Positions 8,185 through 18,456 of a stretch of DNA of 61,080 nt are shown piece after piece. The notes under the pieces are model-generated. The model was not told the origin of the DNA, did no database searches, and saw nothing but the letters and a program-made list of their open reading frames with translations. Every line of letters starts with the position of its first letter. Within the stretch, counting starts at the first letter, position 1. Origin of the DNA: an uncultured Bacilli bacterium (GTDB lineage: Bacteria; Bacillota_I; Bacilli_A; RF39; UBA660). A program made the position numbers and the translations under genes. The DNA lies in contig CANQIE010000003.1 in NCBI GenBank assembly GCA_947623935.1, forward strand, positions 1 to 61,080. Direction: 5' to 3'.

Positions 8185-10488
8185 GTGAAGATAAAAGGAA
8201 GACAACAGGTAGCCTTGTTTTTATTTTTATTAGGGATGATTTGCTTGTTATCCGGAACTAGTTATGCTTTCTATGAAGTACTTTATGAAGGAAGAACAGA
8301 AAATAAATTAGAAGCAGGAAGTTTTGCGATCGCTTTTGAAAATAAAAGTAATACTATAACACTCGATAATGCATATCCCATGAGTGATGAAGAAGGAAAT
8401 AATCTTGATCCTTTTCGTTTTTCAATAACGAATAATGGAACCCTTGCTTCCAAGTATCAATTAAGTATAGAAGAAGATAGTAAGAACACGTTAAGTCGAG
8501 GATATTTAAAATATAGTTTAAAGAGAAATAATGAAGAAATAACTAGTCCTTCTACTTTATCTAGTTTAATCATAGTAGATAATCAAACATTGGAACCAGA
8601 AGCAGTAGATAATTATGAATTAAGAATATGGTTAGATTATAATACACCAAATGAAGCAATGAATCAAATATGGAAAGGAAAGATAAAGTTAGTAGCCCAT
8701 GATAATGGAGTACAATATATAGAAGACCATATAGCCCCAACCATAGAACTAGAAGGTAAATTAGTCATGACGATTGAAAAAGGAGGAACCTTTACTGATC
8801 CGGGAGTAAAATCTGTAACAGATAATGTAGATAAAACAATAGATAAAAGTAAAGTAACTACTCGTTATGAATATTATGATGGAGATAAAGTAAGTACAGT
8901 AACCAGTGTAGATACAGGAAAAGAAGGAGTATATATCATCTATTATGAAATAAAAGATGAAAGTGGAAATAAAGGAGTAATAGCAAGGACTGTAAATGTA
9001 GTACAAGTAAATAAGAGTGCTCCAACGATTACTTTAGTAGGAGAAAGTACCTTAACGTATGCAAGAGGAAATTACTATGTAGAACCTGGAGCAACAGCTA
9101 AAGATGAACAGAATAATGATTTAACCAATCAAATGATAACAATTCATAATTTAAACTTAAATATAGAAGAAGACCAAGTAGTGAAATACTTTGTAATAGA
9201 TAAAGATGGAAACATAGGAGGGAACACAAGAAATATACATGTAGTGCCTGCCTATAAAGATAATACCAATGCCAATGAACCAAAGATCGTTGAAGGAATG
9301 ATACCAGTAAAGTGGGATGAAGGTTTACAAAAATGGGTCAAAGTAGATATGATAGATCAATGGTACAATTATGAAATACAAGAATGGGCGAATGCGGTAA
9401 CCGTTTCTGAAACAAGAAGAAAAGAATACCAAACTGCAGCAAAAGATACACCAATAGAGATGGATGACATTAATACGATGTGGGTATGGATACCAAGATA
9501 TGAATATAAATATACCAATTTGGGAACACAATATGCAGGAGGAACACAAGAACAACCAGGAGAAATAGGAATCAACTTTATAAATGGAACGAGTAGCAAA
9601 GTAAGTGATGAAAATAATTACAAGATGCATCCAGCATTCACTTTTGGAGATAAAGAACTAACAGGAATCTGGTATGGAAAGTTTGAAACAAGTAATAAAG
9701 AAGAAAAATTTACGACTAATGTGGGTTCTAATAGTTCAACATTAACTCCAATCATAAAGCCGGGAGTAGTATCATGGAGATGGGTGCAAATATCGAATAT
9801 ATTTTATGCCTCAAGAAAGATGCAAACAGAGAAATATGCTGTTTATGGATTTCCAAATAGTGAAAATTATGATACCCATGTAAGTAAGGCCCGTGAATGG
9901 GGAGCAGTTGCTTATTTATCTCAAAGTAAGTATGGAAAATATGGAAATAGTAATTATGATATAGATAGTAAAGAAGTTACTAAAAATAGGTTCAATATAA
10001 CGGGAAATGGCTTCAATAATGCAGAAACTTATGAAACCGAAGGGGGTCAAAAAGCGTCCACGACCGGAAATATCACAGGAGTGTATGATATGAATGGTGG
10101 AATATGGGAATATGTTATGACCGTATATGCTGATAGTGAAGGAAAGCCAAGAAGTGGACAAGATGCTACTAAAAATTCAGGCTTTAATGGAACACTTTCT
10201 GATAATACAAAGTATACTGAAGGGGAAGACTTTCCAGATGCTAAATATTATGATTTATATACAGGAGGTTCTGATACTGCATGTAATGGAGGAATCTGTT
10301 ATGGATATGCTTATTCTGAAACTAGAAGTTGGTATCATAATATGTTCGGAACACCATATTCTTTAAACCCATGGGTTGTTTATGGAGGATCTTTAGATAT
10401 GGCTACATTAACAGGAGTGTTTGCTATTGGTAATATTTCTGGTTATATACAAGTTAACATGTCATTTCGTCTTGTACTTGCTCCATAA
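8185..10488 (+). CDS. Surface protein family copy 2: TM/signal, TasA-like domain, two DUF5011/HYR-like Ig repeats, C-terminal CLec/FGE-like domain
   Basis: GTG start; APTIEL..TFTDPGV and APTITLVG..YVEPGATAKD Ig repeats; N-terminal part nearly identical to copies 3 and 4. Confidence 0.85.
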   Translation: MKIKGRQQVALFLFLLGMICLLSGTSYAFYEVLYEGRTENKLEAGSFAIAFENKSNTITLDNAYPMSDEEGNNLDPFRFSITNNGTLASKYQLSIEEDSKNTLSRGYLKYSLKRNNEEITSPSTLSSLIIVDNQTLEPEAVDNYELRIWLDYNTPNEAMNQIWKGKIKLVAHDNGVQYIEDHIAPTIELEGKLVMTIEKGGTFTDPGVKSVTDNVDKTIDKSKVTTRYEYYDGDKVSTVTSVDTGKEGVYIIYYEIKDESGNKGVIARTVNVVQVNKSAPTITLVGESTLTYARGNYYVEPGATAKDEQNNDLTNQMITIHNLNLNIEEDQVVKYFVIDKDGNIGGNTRNIHVVPAYKDNTNANEPKIVEGMIPVKWDEGLQKWVKVDMIDQWYNYEIQEWANAVTVSETRRKEYQTAAKDTPIEMDDINTMWVWIPRYEYKYTNLGTQYAGGTQEQPGEIGINFINGTSSKVSDENNYKMHPAFTFGDKELTGIWYGKFETSNKEEKFTTNVGSNSSTLTPIIKPGVVSWRWVQISNIFYASRKMQTEKYAVYGFPNSENYDTHVSKAREWGAVAYLSQSKYGKYGNSNYDIDSKEVTKNRFNITGNGFNNAETYETEGGQKASTTGNITGVYDMNGGIWEYVMTVYADSEGKPRSGQDATKNSGFNGTLSDNTKYTEGEDFPDAKYYDLYTGGSDTACNGGICYGYAYSETRSWYHNMFGTPYSLNPWVVYGGSLDMATLTGVFAIGNISGYIQVNMSFRLVLAP

Positions 10489-10544
10489 TAATTTTTGCTA
10501 TTTTTCCTTTTCCTTGTTATACTTAAAACAAGAGGTGAAAAGAG

Positions 10545-11480
10545 ATGTCTTTTTCTACGACTATTAAAAATGAATTAACCAAAATAGATACAACTAGGTC
10601 AGAGAAAATTGCACTTCTTTCTGCCTTTTTTCGTAATAATGCCATTTATACTAGTGATAAGATTGAACTGGTCACTGAAAATAGTACAGTGGCTAAATAT
10701 TTGTTTCAATTATTAAAAGATACCTATCAAGTCACCTTGCAAATAGAAAAAAAGAAAAATAATAACTTTACTCGAGGTAATCTTTATATGATGACGGTGG
10801 TAGAAAAAATTGATCTTATTTTGAAAGATTTATCCGTTATTAGTGAGCATGGATATTATTTGGTAGAACCGATGGATTATATTGTTTCAACATTAGAAGA
10901 TCAAGCAGCTTATCTTAGAGGGTTGTTTCTTGCCAAAGGAAGTATCAACGATCCTAAGACTTCTAGATATCATTTAGCATTCTCAATAGACACGATTGAG
11001 GAAGCTACCTTTGATCAAGATTTACTTAATAACTTTGATTTAAATAGTAAAATTATTACCCGTGATAAAGGCTATATGGTCTATATTAAGGAAGCAGAAA
11101 AGATAGGTGACTTTTTACGATTGATTCGTGCAAGTAATGCCCTTTTCTATTATGAAGATATTCGTATTTATAGAGATCATAAAAATATGGCAAATCGTCT
11201 TAATAACTGTGAACAAGCAAATATTGATAAGACCATTGAAACCGCTACAAAACAGGTTCGGGATATTGAATATTTAATCGATGAAGTAGGACTCGATTTA
11301 TTGGATGATAAGACCAAAGAAGCGGCCACTTATCGACTTAAGTATCCAGAAAGTTCACTAATCGAATTAAGTGAAATTATTTCTTTAGAAACCGGAAATA
11401 AAATAACGAAGTCGGGTCTTAATCATCGTTTTCGTAAGATTCGAGATTTAGTTAGCAGAATGAAGCAAACAAAAAGATAG
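10545..11480 (+). CDS. whiA: DNA-binding protein WhiA
   Basis: YLRGLFLAKGSINDP, NRLNNCEQANIDKT, ITKSGLNHRFRKI motifs. Confidence 0.95.
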   Translation: MSFSTTIKNELTKIDTTRSEKIALLSAFFRNNAIYTSDKIELVTENSTVAKYLFQLLKDTYQVTLQIEKKKNNNFTRGNLYMMTVVEKIDLILKDLSVISEHGYYLVEPMDYIVSTLEDQAAYLRGLFLAKGSINDPKTSRYHLAFSIDTIEEATFDQDLLNNFDLNSKIITRDKGYMVYIKEAEKIGDFLRLIRASNALFYYEDIRIYRDHKNMANRLNNCEQANIDKTIETATKQVRDIEYLIDEVGLDLLDDKTKEAATYRLKYPESSLIELSEIISLETGNKITKSGLNHRFRKIRDLVSRMKQTKR

Positions 11481-11485
11481 AAGCC

Positions 11486-12064
11486 CTATCTTTTTTCTAT
11501 AATATCATCAATTAATCCATATTCTTTTGCTTCTTTGGCATCTAAGAAATGATCTCGTTCGGTATCTTGTTCAATTTTTTCTAATGGTTTTCCGGTATTT
11601 TTGGCAAGCATTTCATTGAGACGTTTTTTCATTTTTAAAATATGTTCGGCAGCAATTTGAATTTCGGTTGCTTGTCCTTTTGCTCCACCTAGGGGTTGAT
11701 GAATCATTACTTCGGCATTAGGAAGTGCAAATCTTTTTCCTTTGCTTCCACAGGAAAGGAGAAAAGCGGCCATACTTGCAGCCATTCCGACACATATAGT
11801 GGAGACATCACTTTTAATAAAGTTCATGGTATCCAATATTGCCATTCCAGCAGTGATAACGCCTCCTGGAGAGTTAATATATAACGAGATATCATCATGA
11901 TTTAAAGAATCCAAATAAAGAAGTTGAGCCACTACTAAATTAGCAGAGTCATCATCGATTTCACCGCTTAACAAAATAATTCGATTTTTTAAGAGTCTTG
12001 AGAAAATATCGTAGCTTCGTTCTCCATTTGCTTCTCTTTCAACTACCATAGGTACTAAATTCAT
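11486..12064 (-). CDS. clpP: ATP-dependent Clp protease proteolytic subunit
   Basis: [26 protein letters not shown] (catalytic Ser), MIHQPLGG. Confidence 0.98.
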   Translation of the reverse strand: MNLVPMVVEREANGERSYDIFSRLLKNRIILLSGEIDDDSANLVVAQLLYLDSLNHDDISLYINSPGGVITAGMAILDTMNFIKSDVSTICVGMAASMAAFLLSCGSKGKRFALPNAEVMIHQPLGGAKGQATEIQIAAEHILKMKKRLNEMLAKNTGKPLEKIEQDTERDHFLDAKEAKEYGLIDDIIEKR

Positions 12065-12222
12065 AAAATAATCACCTATTAATAAGATTAGAAAAATAGA
12101 TACATTTTATTCCATTTCTTTCTGATTATGGAAAGTAAAATCTCGACAAAATATCTTTCCAATGTGTCCTCTTTTTTTTTCTTCTTATTTATGGTACAAT
12201 AGGCATAGAATAGAATAAGTGG

Positions 12223-13887
12223 GTGACTTTTGTGATGGAAAATATTAAAGTTAAAGTCCAAGATCAAATGTTGGAAATAGGAAAAAATACAACTTTTTTA
12301 GAACTTAGCAAAAACTATGAAAAAGACTTTGCTTATCCTATTGTTATTGCGTCTTTTAATGGAGTATATCAAGAATTAAATCAACCTATTAAAAAAGAAG
12401 GTGTTATTTCTTTTTATGATTTAAAAGATCGAACAGCCAATCGTATTTATTTAAATGGACTTATCTTTTTAACTTTGTGTGCAGGTAAGGAATTGTTTGG
12501 TCCATCTTCAAATTACAAGGTACTTCATTCTCTTGATAAAGGACTCTATATTGAGACGGACGTTTCTTTAACGGAAGAAAAAGTTACAAGATTAGAACAA
12601 AAAATGCATGAGTTAGTAGCTCTTGAACTTCCAATTACCAAGATGAATGTTACTAGAATTGATGCTATTCAGTATTTCGATAGCATAGGGGATACGGCAA
12701 AAGCAGATATTATGCGCTATAACACCAATACTTATGTTACTTTATACAAATTAGGAAACAACTATAGCTATTTCTATGGATTAATGCCGGTTAATACCAA
12801 ACAATTATCTTCTTTTGAACTTACTTATTTAAATGAAGAAGGCTTTGTTTTAAGATTTCCTACTATCTATATGGAAAAGGGCATTAAACCTTATGAGCAT
12901 CGTGAAAAAATGTTCCAAGCCTTTAACGAATCTAGAACTTGGGAAAAAGTAATGCATCTTGAAAATGTTGGGGAATTAAACAAAGTTGTTTCGCAAGGAA
13001 ACATAGGTGATATTATTCGTATCTCTGAAACATTACAAAATCAAAAACTTTTGGAGATTGCAAGAGCGATTGAACAAAGAAGAAATGAGATTAAAGTCAT
13101 TTTAATCGCGGGGCCTACTTCTTCCGGAAAAACGACAACGAACCGTAAATTATCGATGTATTTACGCAGTTTTGGAATGAATCCGATTCCTTTATCGATG
13201 GATGATTACTTTAAAGATCGAAACGATACACCGCTTGGAAGTGATGGAGAACCTGATTTTGAATGTTTAGAAGCAGTTGATTTGGAATTATTTAATAATC
13301 AAATAGCCGCTCTTTTAAAAGGAGAAACAGTTACGGTTCCAACCTTCAATTTTTTAGTAGGTATGAAAGAATTTAAGAACAAAATTCACTTGGGCGAAAA
13401 TGAACTCTTATTGATTGAAGGAATTCATGGATTAAATCCTGCTATTTTAAAGGATATTCCTAAGAGTCAAAAATGTAAGATTTACTTATCGCCTTTAACG
13501 ACATTAAGTATTGATAATCAAAATCGTATTCCATCTACTGATAACCGTCTTCTAAGAAGAATTGTAAGAGATAATAAAACAAGAGGTTACAAAGTGGAAG
13601 ATACGCTTAAAATATGGTCTAAAGTAAGAGCCGGAGAAGAAAAATATATTTTCCCATATCAAGATGAAGGTGATTTTATTTTTAACACCTCTTTAATCTA
13701 TGAATTAGGCGTTTTAAAAACCTATGTTGAACCACTTCTTTATTCTGTTGATGCATCTAGTCCTTATTACGAAGAAGCGAAACGGCTTATTAATTTTTTA
13801 AGGGCTTTTTTACCGATTCCATCGGAAGATATTCCAGACGATTCCATATTACGAGAATTTATTGGAAAAAGTTGTTTCCATGAATAA
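12223..13887 (+). CDS. Uridine/nucleoside kinase with N-terminal ThrRS-like domain
   Basis: AGPTSSGKTT P-loop, SMDDYF, EGIHGLNP, RLLRRIVRD..TRG, EEKYIFPYQ. Confidence 0.88.
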   Translation: MTFVMENIKVKVQDQMLEIGKNTTFLELSKNYEKDFAYPIVIASFNGVYQELNQPIKKEGVISFYDLKDRTANRIYLNGLIFLTLCAGKELFGPSSNYKVLHSLDKGLYIETDVSLTEEKVTRLEQKMHELVALELPITKMNVTRIDAIQYFDSIGDTAKADIMRYNTNTYVTLYKLGNNYSYFYGLMPVNTKQLSSFELTYLNEEGFVLRFPTIYMEKGIKPYEHREKMFQAFNESRTWEKVMHLENVGELNKVVSQGNIGDIIRISETLQNQKLLEIARAIEQRRNEIKVILIAGPTSSGKTTTNRKLSMYLRSFGMNPIPLSMDDYFKDRNDTPLGSDGEPDFECLEAVDLELFNNQIAALLKGETVTVPTFNFLVGMKEFKNKIHLGENELLLIEGIHGLNPAILKDIPKSQKCKIYLSPLTTLSIDNQNRIPSTDNRLLRRIVRDNKTRGYKVEDTLKIWSKVRAGEEKYIFPYQDEGDFIFNTSLIYELGVLKTYVEPLLYSVDASSPYYEEAKRLINFLRAFLPIPSEDIPDDSILREFIGKSCFHE

Positions 13888-14379
13888 AAAGATATTCACA
13901 AGTCTTGTGCATATCTTTTTTTCGTTAAATTAAGAGATAAAGTCACGGTAAGGGAAAAAATAAATTTTTAGTTGAAAGTTCTCTAAAATCAAAGAAAATA
14001 AAGAAAAAAATTTAGAAAAATTTAAAGGAAATGATGAAAAACAGAGAAAATTACATAAAAAATTACATCCAAAAAGAACGAGAAGTTAAAAAAATTTTTT
14101 TGAAAAGAAGAAACTTCTCGCCAAATAAATAATAGATTTGCTATATTATAACAAATATTATGATAGATAACAAATAAAGGAGAACTTTATTTGCAAGAAT
14201 ATTATATAAGGGAAAAGAAAAAATACAAGGGTCAAGATAAACAAATAAATTTGTCCTTGTATTTATTTCTTTTCCCCTTTGATAGTTAAAAAGTAACGTC
14301 TCGTAAGAGTAAAAACGTGACGTTAAGTAAATAATTTACAGCATATCTTTTTTTCTTTTGAAAAAAAATTAACAAAAAG

Positions 14380-14407
14380 TTGACGTGGGGGGGGGTAGTT
14401 TTATAAT
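14380..14407 (+). promoter_or_regulatory. sigmaA-type promoter with G9 tract in spacer (copy 3)
   Basis: TTGACG (14380-14385), G9 at 14387-14395, TATAAT (14402-14407), 16-bp spacer. Confidence 0.85.
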
Positions 14408-14441
14408 AAAAATAGATAAATAATAAAGGAAGTGTAGAGCG

Positions 14442-16775
14442 ATGAAGATAAAAGGAAGACAACAGGTAGCCTTGTTTCTATTTTTATTGGGAATGATCTG
14501 CTTGTTATCAGGAACAAGTTATGCTTTCTATGAAGTACTTTATGAAGGAAGAACAGAAAATAAATTGGAAGCAGGAAGCTTTGCCATCGCTTTTGAAAAT
14601 AAAAGTAATACTATAACACTAGATAATGCATATCCCATGAGTGATGAAGAAGGAAATAATTTGGATCCTTTTCGTTTTTCAATAACGAATAATGGAACCC
14701 TTGCTTCCAAGTATCAATTAAGTATAGAAGAAGATAATAAGAACACGTTAAGTCGAGGATATTTAAAATATAGTTTAAAGAGAAATAATATAGAAGTAAC
14801 TGGTCCTTCTACTTTATCTAGTTTAATCATAGTAGATAATCAAACATTAGCACCAGAAGCAGTAGATAATTATGAATTAAGGATATGGTTAGATTATAAT
14901 ACGCCTAATGAAGCCATGAATCAGATATGGAAAGGGAAGATAAAGTTAGTAGCTCATGATAATGGAGTACAATATATAGAAGACCATATAGCCCCAACCA
15001 TAGAACTAGAAAAAGAATTAGTCATGACGATTGAAAAAGGAGGGACCTTTACTGATCCGGGAGTAAAATCTGTAACAGATAATAAAGATACAAATTTAGA
15101 TAAAGAAAAAGTAACTAGAAGATATGAGTATTATGATGGAGATAAAGTAAGTACAGTAACTGGTGTAGATACAGGAAAAGAAGGAGTATACATTATTTAT
15201 TATGAAATAAAAGATGAAAGTGGAAACAAAGGAGTAATAGCAAGGACTGTAAATGTAGTACAAGTCAATGAGAAAGCTCCAACAATAACTTTAGTAGGAG
15301 AAAGTACCTTAACGTATGCCAAAGGGAATTATTATGTAGAGCCTGGAGTAGAAGCCAAAGATGAACAGAATAATGATTTAACAAATCAAGTGATAACAAT
15401 TCATAATTTGAACTTAAATATAGAAGAAGACCAAGTAGTCAAATACTTTGTAATAGATAAAGATGGAAACATAGGAGGAGCAACGAGAACAATTAAAGTA
15501 GTTCCAGCTTATAAAGATAATACCAATGCCAATGAACCAAAGATAGTTGAAGGAATGATACCAGTAAAGTGGGATAAAAGTTTACAAAAATGGGTCAAAG
15601 TAGATATGATAGATCAATGGTACAATTATGAAATACAAGAATGGGCGAATGCGGTAACCGTTTCTGAAACAAGAAGAAAAGAATACCAAACAGCAGCAAA
15701 AGATACGCCAATAGAGATGGATGACATTAATACGATGTGGGTATGGATACCAAGATATGAATACAATTATGTAAGTATTGCAAATTATGCAGGAGGAACT
15801 CAAGCTCAACCAGGAGAAATAAAAGTTAACTTTATAAGTGGGACCAGTAGCAAAGTAAGTGATGAATATAATTACAAGATGCATCCAGCATTCACTTTTG
15901 GAGATAAAGAACTAACAGGAATCTGGTGTGGAAAATTTGAACCAAGTAACGAAGAAGGAATATATGGAGATAATAATGATGAAAAAGCTAATGATGCAAT
16001 GTTAACACCCATCATAAAACCAAATGTTCCTTCATGGAGAAATATACAAGTAGCAAACGCCTTTTATGCATCAAGAAAGATGCAAACTGAGAAGTATGAT
16101 GTCTATGGATTTCCAAATAACGAAACTTATGATACCCATATGAGTAAGAATAGTGAATGGGGTGCAGTTGCCTATCTATCTCAAAGTAAGTATGGAAAAT
16201 ATGGAAAAGATAAACAAGAAGTATACATCAATAACTGTTCTCAATTTATTACAGGAATAGCAGGAAATACAGCAAGTGAAAGTTCAAGTGCAGAAACTTG
16301 TAAAACAAATACTTATGAAACAGAAGCAGGCCAAAAAGCATCTACAACGGGCAACATATATGGAATCTACGATATGCATGGTGGAGCTAGGGACTATGTC
16401 ATGGGAGCATTAAATGATAATGGCAAACCAAAAATAGCAAGTTCAGGATTTACTGATGATACTAATGAGAATACAAAATTACCGAATGCTAAATATTATG
16501 ACTTATATACGAGTGCCAATCCTGATTCCGATGATGTAAGTTCATACATGACGGCTTGTAATAACGGAGTATGTTACGGTCATGCCTTATCTGAAACTGC
16601 AAGGTGGTATTGGGCTTCTTGGTCTTTTATAACTTCTTCGAGTCCGTGGCTCATGCACGGCGGTCGAGGTGGCGGTAGCGGTAGCGGTGGCATTGGAGAA
16701 GGAATGTATCGTGTTGACCATCAAACTGGCGCCATGAATTCCGTCTTTACATTTCGTCTCATGCTTGCCCCTTAA
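14442..16775 (+). CDS. Surface protein family copy 3 (same architecture as copy 2)
   Basis: Near-identical N-terminus to copies 2 and 4; divergent C-terminus ending TFRLMLAP. Confidence 0.85.
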   Translation: MKIKGRQQVALFLFLLGMICLLSGTSYAFYEVLYEGRTENKLEAGSFAIAFENKSNTITLDNAYPMSDEEGNNLDPFRFSITNNGTLASKYQLSIEEDNKNTLSRGYLKYSLKRNNIEVTGPSTLSSLIIVDNQTLAPEAVDNYELRIWLDYNTPNEAMNQIWKGKIKLVAHDNGVQYIEDHIAPTIELEKELVMTIEKGGTFTDPGVKSVTDNKDTNLDKEKVTRRYEYYDGDKVSTVTGVDTGKEGVYIIYYEIKDESGNKGVIARTVNVVQVNEKAPTITLVGESTLTYAKGNYYVEPGVEAKDEQNNDLTNQVITIHNLNLNIEEDQVVKYFVIDKDGNIGGATRTIKVVPAYKDNTNANEPKIVEGMIPVKWDKSLQKWVKVDMIDQWYNYEIQEWANAVTVSETRRKEYQTAAKDTPIEMDDINTMWVWIPRYEYNYVSIANYAGGTQAQPGEIKVNFISGTSSKVSDEYNYKMHPAFTFGDKELTGIWCGKFEPSNEEGIYGDNNDEKANDAMLTPIIKPNVPSWRNIQVANAFYASRKMQTEKYDVYGFPNNETYDTHMSKNSEWGAVAYLSQSKYGKYGKDKQEVYINNCSQFITGIAGNTASESSSAETCKTNTYETEAGQKASTTGNIYGIYDMHGGARDYVMGALNDNGKPKIASSGFTDDTNENTKLPNAKYYDLYTSANPDSDDVSSYMTACNNGVCYGHALSETARWYWASWSFITSSSPWLMHGGRGGGSGSGGIGEGMYRVDHQTGAMNSVFTFRLMLAP
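15723..15866 (+). repeat. 144-bp perfect identity patch shared with 35056-35199
   Basis: Manual base-by-base comparison; copies 1 and 2 carry a different sequence in this segment. Confidence 0.85.
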
Positions 16776-16863
16776 TACTTCTTTATTCTATTTATTCATT
16801 TTATTTACTTGTATAAATTAAAAAAAATGGGTATAATGAGTATGATAGAAAGGATAGAGGAAA

Positions 16864-17874
16864 ATGGTTAGAGTAGCAATTAATGGATTTGGTCGTATTG
16901 GAAGATTAATCTTTCGTATAATGGATCAAGATCCAGAAATGGAAGTTGTTGCCATCAACGATTTAACGGATGCCGAACAACTTGCCTATTTATTGAAGTA
17001 TGATTCAAATCATCGTAATTACAAGGTGGAGGATATCTCTTTTGATAACGATGAAATTATTGTGTCAGGTAAAAGAATTAAAGTATATTCTTGTATGGAT
17101 CCAAAAGAATTACCTTGGAAAGAATTAAATGTTGATGTTGTAATGGAGTGTACTGGAAAATTCACTGATGTCGAAAAAGCACATGCACATATTGATGCTG
17201 GAGCTAAAAAAGTTATAATTTCAGCACCTGCTAAAGGAGATCTTAAGACCATTGTTTATAATGTAAATGAAGATACCTTAGATGGTACTGAACAAATTAT
17301 TTCGGCAGCCTCTTGTACTACCAACTGTCTTGCTCCGGTATTAAAAGTGATGGATGATTTCTTTGGTGTTAAAAGAGGTTTTATGACTACAGTTCATGCT
17401 TATACAAACGACCAAGCAACATTGGATGTTCCTCATAAAAAAGGAATTCTTGCTCGTCGTGGAAGAAGTGCTGCTAGTAATATTATTCCAGCATCTACTG
17501 GTGCTGCTAAAGCAATTGGAGAAGTACTTCCTACACTTAAAGGAAAATTAGATGGAACCGCTATGCGTGTACCAGTGGCAACAGGATCAGTAATCGATTT
17601 AACGCTAGAATTAAAACAACCAGTTACCAAAGAAGAAATCAATTTAGCTTTTATGCAAAACACAAATGAAACACTTAGATTTACGATGGATCCGGTTGTA
17701 TCAAGCGATATTATTGGCTCCAGTTGTGGGGCTTTAGTCGATGGCTTGTCGACCAGTGTTTTAGAAACCGAAGATGGTCAACTTGTCAAAGTAGTAGCCT
17801 GGTATGATAATGAGATGGGATATTCTTACCAAATGGTTCGGACTGCCAAACACTTAATGGAAATTGCTAAATAG
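16864..17874 (+). CDS. gap: Glyceraldehyde-3-phosphate dehydrogenase (type I)
   Basis: INGFGRIGR, ASCTTNCLAP, WYDNE. Confidence 0.98.
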   Translation: MVRVAINGFGRIGRLIFRIMDQDPEMEVVAINDLTDAEQLAYLLKYDSNHRNYKVEDISFDNDEIIVSGKRIKVYSCMDPKELPWKELNVDVVMECTGKFTDVEKAHAHIDAGAKKVIISAPAKGDLKTIVYNVNEDTLDGTEQIISAASCTTNCLAPVLKVMDDFFGVKRGFMTTVHAYTNDQATLDVPHKKGILARRGRSAASNIIPASTGAAKAIGEVLPTLKGKLDGTAMRVPVATGSVIDLTLELKQPVTKEEINLAFMQNTNETLRFTMDPVVSSDIIGSSCGALVDGLSTSVLETEDGQLVKVVAWYDNEMGYSYQMVRTAKHLMEIAK

Positions 17875-17952
17875 AAAACGTCAACCAACGTTTTCTTTTT
17901 TTGATTTTATATACTTTGTTTTTCTTTTTTGTTATACTGAAAATAATAAGAG

Positions 17953-18396
17953 GTGATTATAGTGGAAAAACAAGAAAGAGATAAATGTGCATCTACTTTT
18001 ATTATTGATCGAAAAAGAAATAAAATATTACTTATTTATCATAAAAAGTTTCAAAATTGGATTCAACCAGGAGGACATTTAAAAGAAGGAGAGACCCCTC
18101 AAGAAGGAGCGGTTCGTGAAGCTTTTGAAGAAACAGGTATTAAAGTACGCTTAGTAGAGGATCATCCTTTTATTATTGAAGAATACAATAATTTTGTAGG
18201 AAATATCTTAGATTATCAATATTTAGCAGAACCTGTAGATAGCAATATTATCCCTACCAATAGTGAAGAAAGTTTTGCTGTCGATTGGTTTTCTTTGGAA
18301 GAGTTAAGTTCCATTCCCGTATTTCCTGATGTAAAAACCAAGGCAAGAATGTTTTTAGTACCGGCTTATCGAATGATTAATGAAGAGATTTCATAG
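17953..18396 (+). CDS. NUDIX hydrolase
   Basis: Nudix box GGHLKEGETPQEGAVREAFEETG. Confidence 0.92.
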   Translation: MIIVEKQERDKCASTFIIDRKRNKILLIYHKKFQNWIQPGGHLKEGETPQEGAVREAFEETGIKVRLVEDHPFIIEEYNNFVGNILDYQYLAEPVDSNIIPTNSEESFAVDWFSLEELSSIPVFPDVKTKARMFLVPAYRMINEEIS

Positions 18397-18456
18397 AATC
18401 TCTTTTTTATTTGTCCTTTTTTTGGTATAATGAATTTAAGATAGTGAGGGGAAACG

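Noticed and set aside
8761-9630. Minus-strand ORFs recurring at 8761, 9325, 15582, 34342 and 34906 that look like a conserved antisense family
   Set aside because: They are shadows of the near-identical plus-strand paralogs; no RBS or promoter, and composition is typical of antisense frames.
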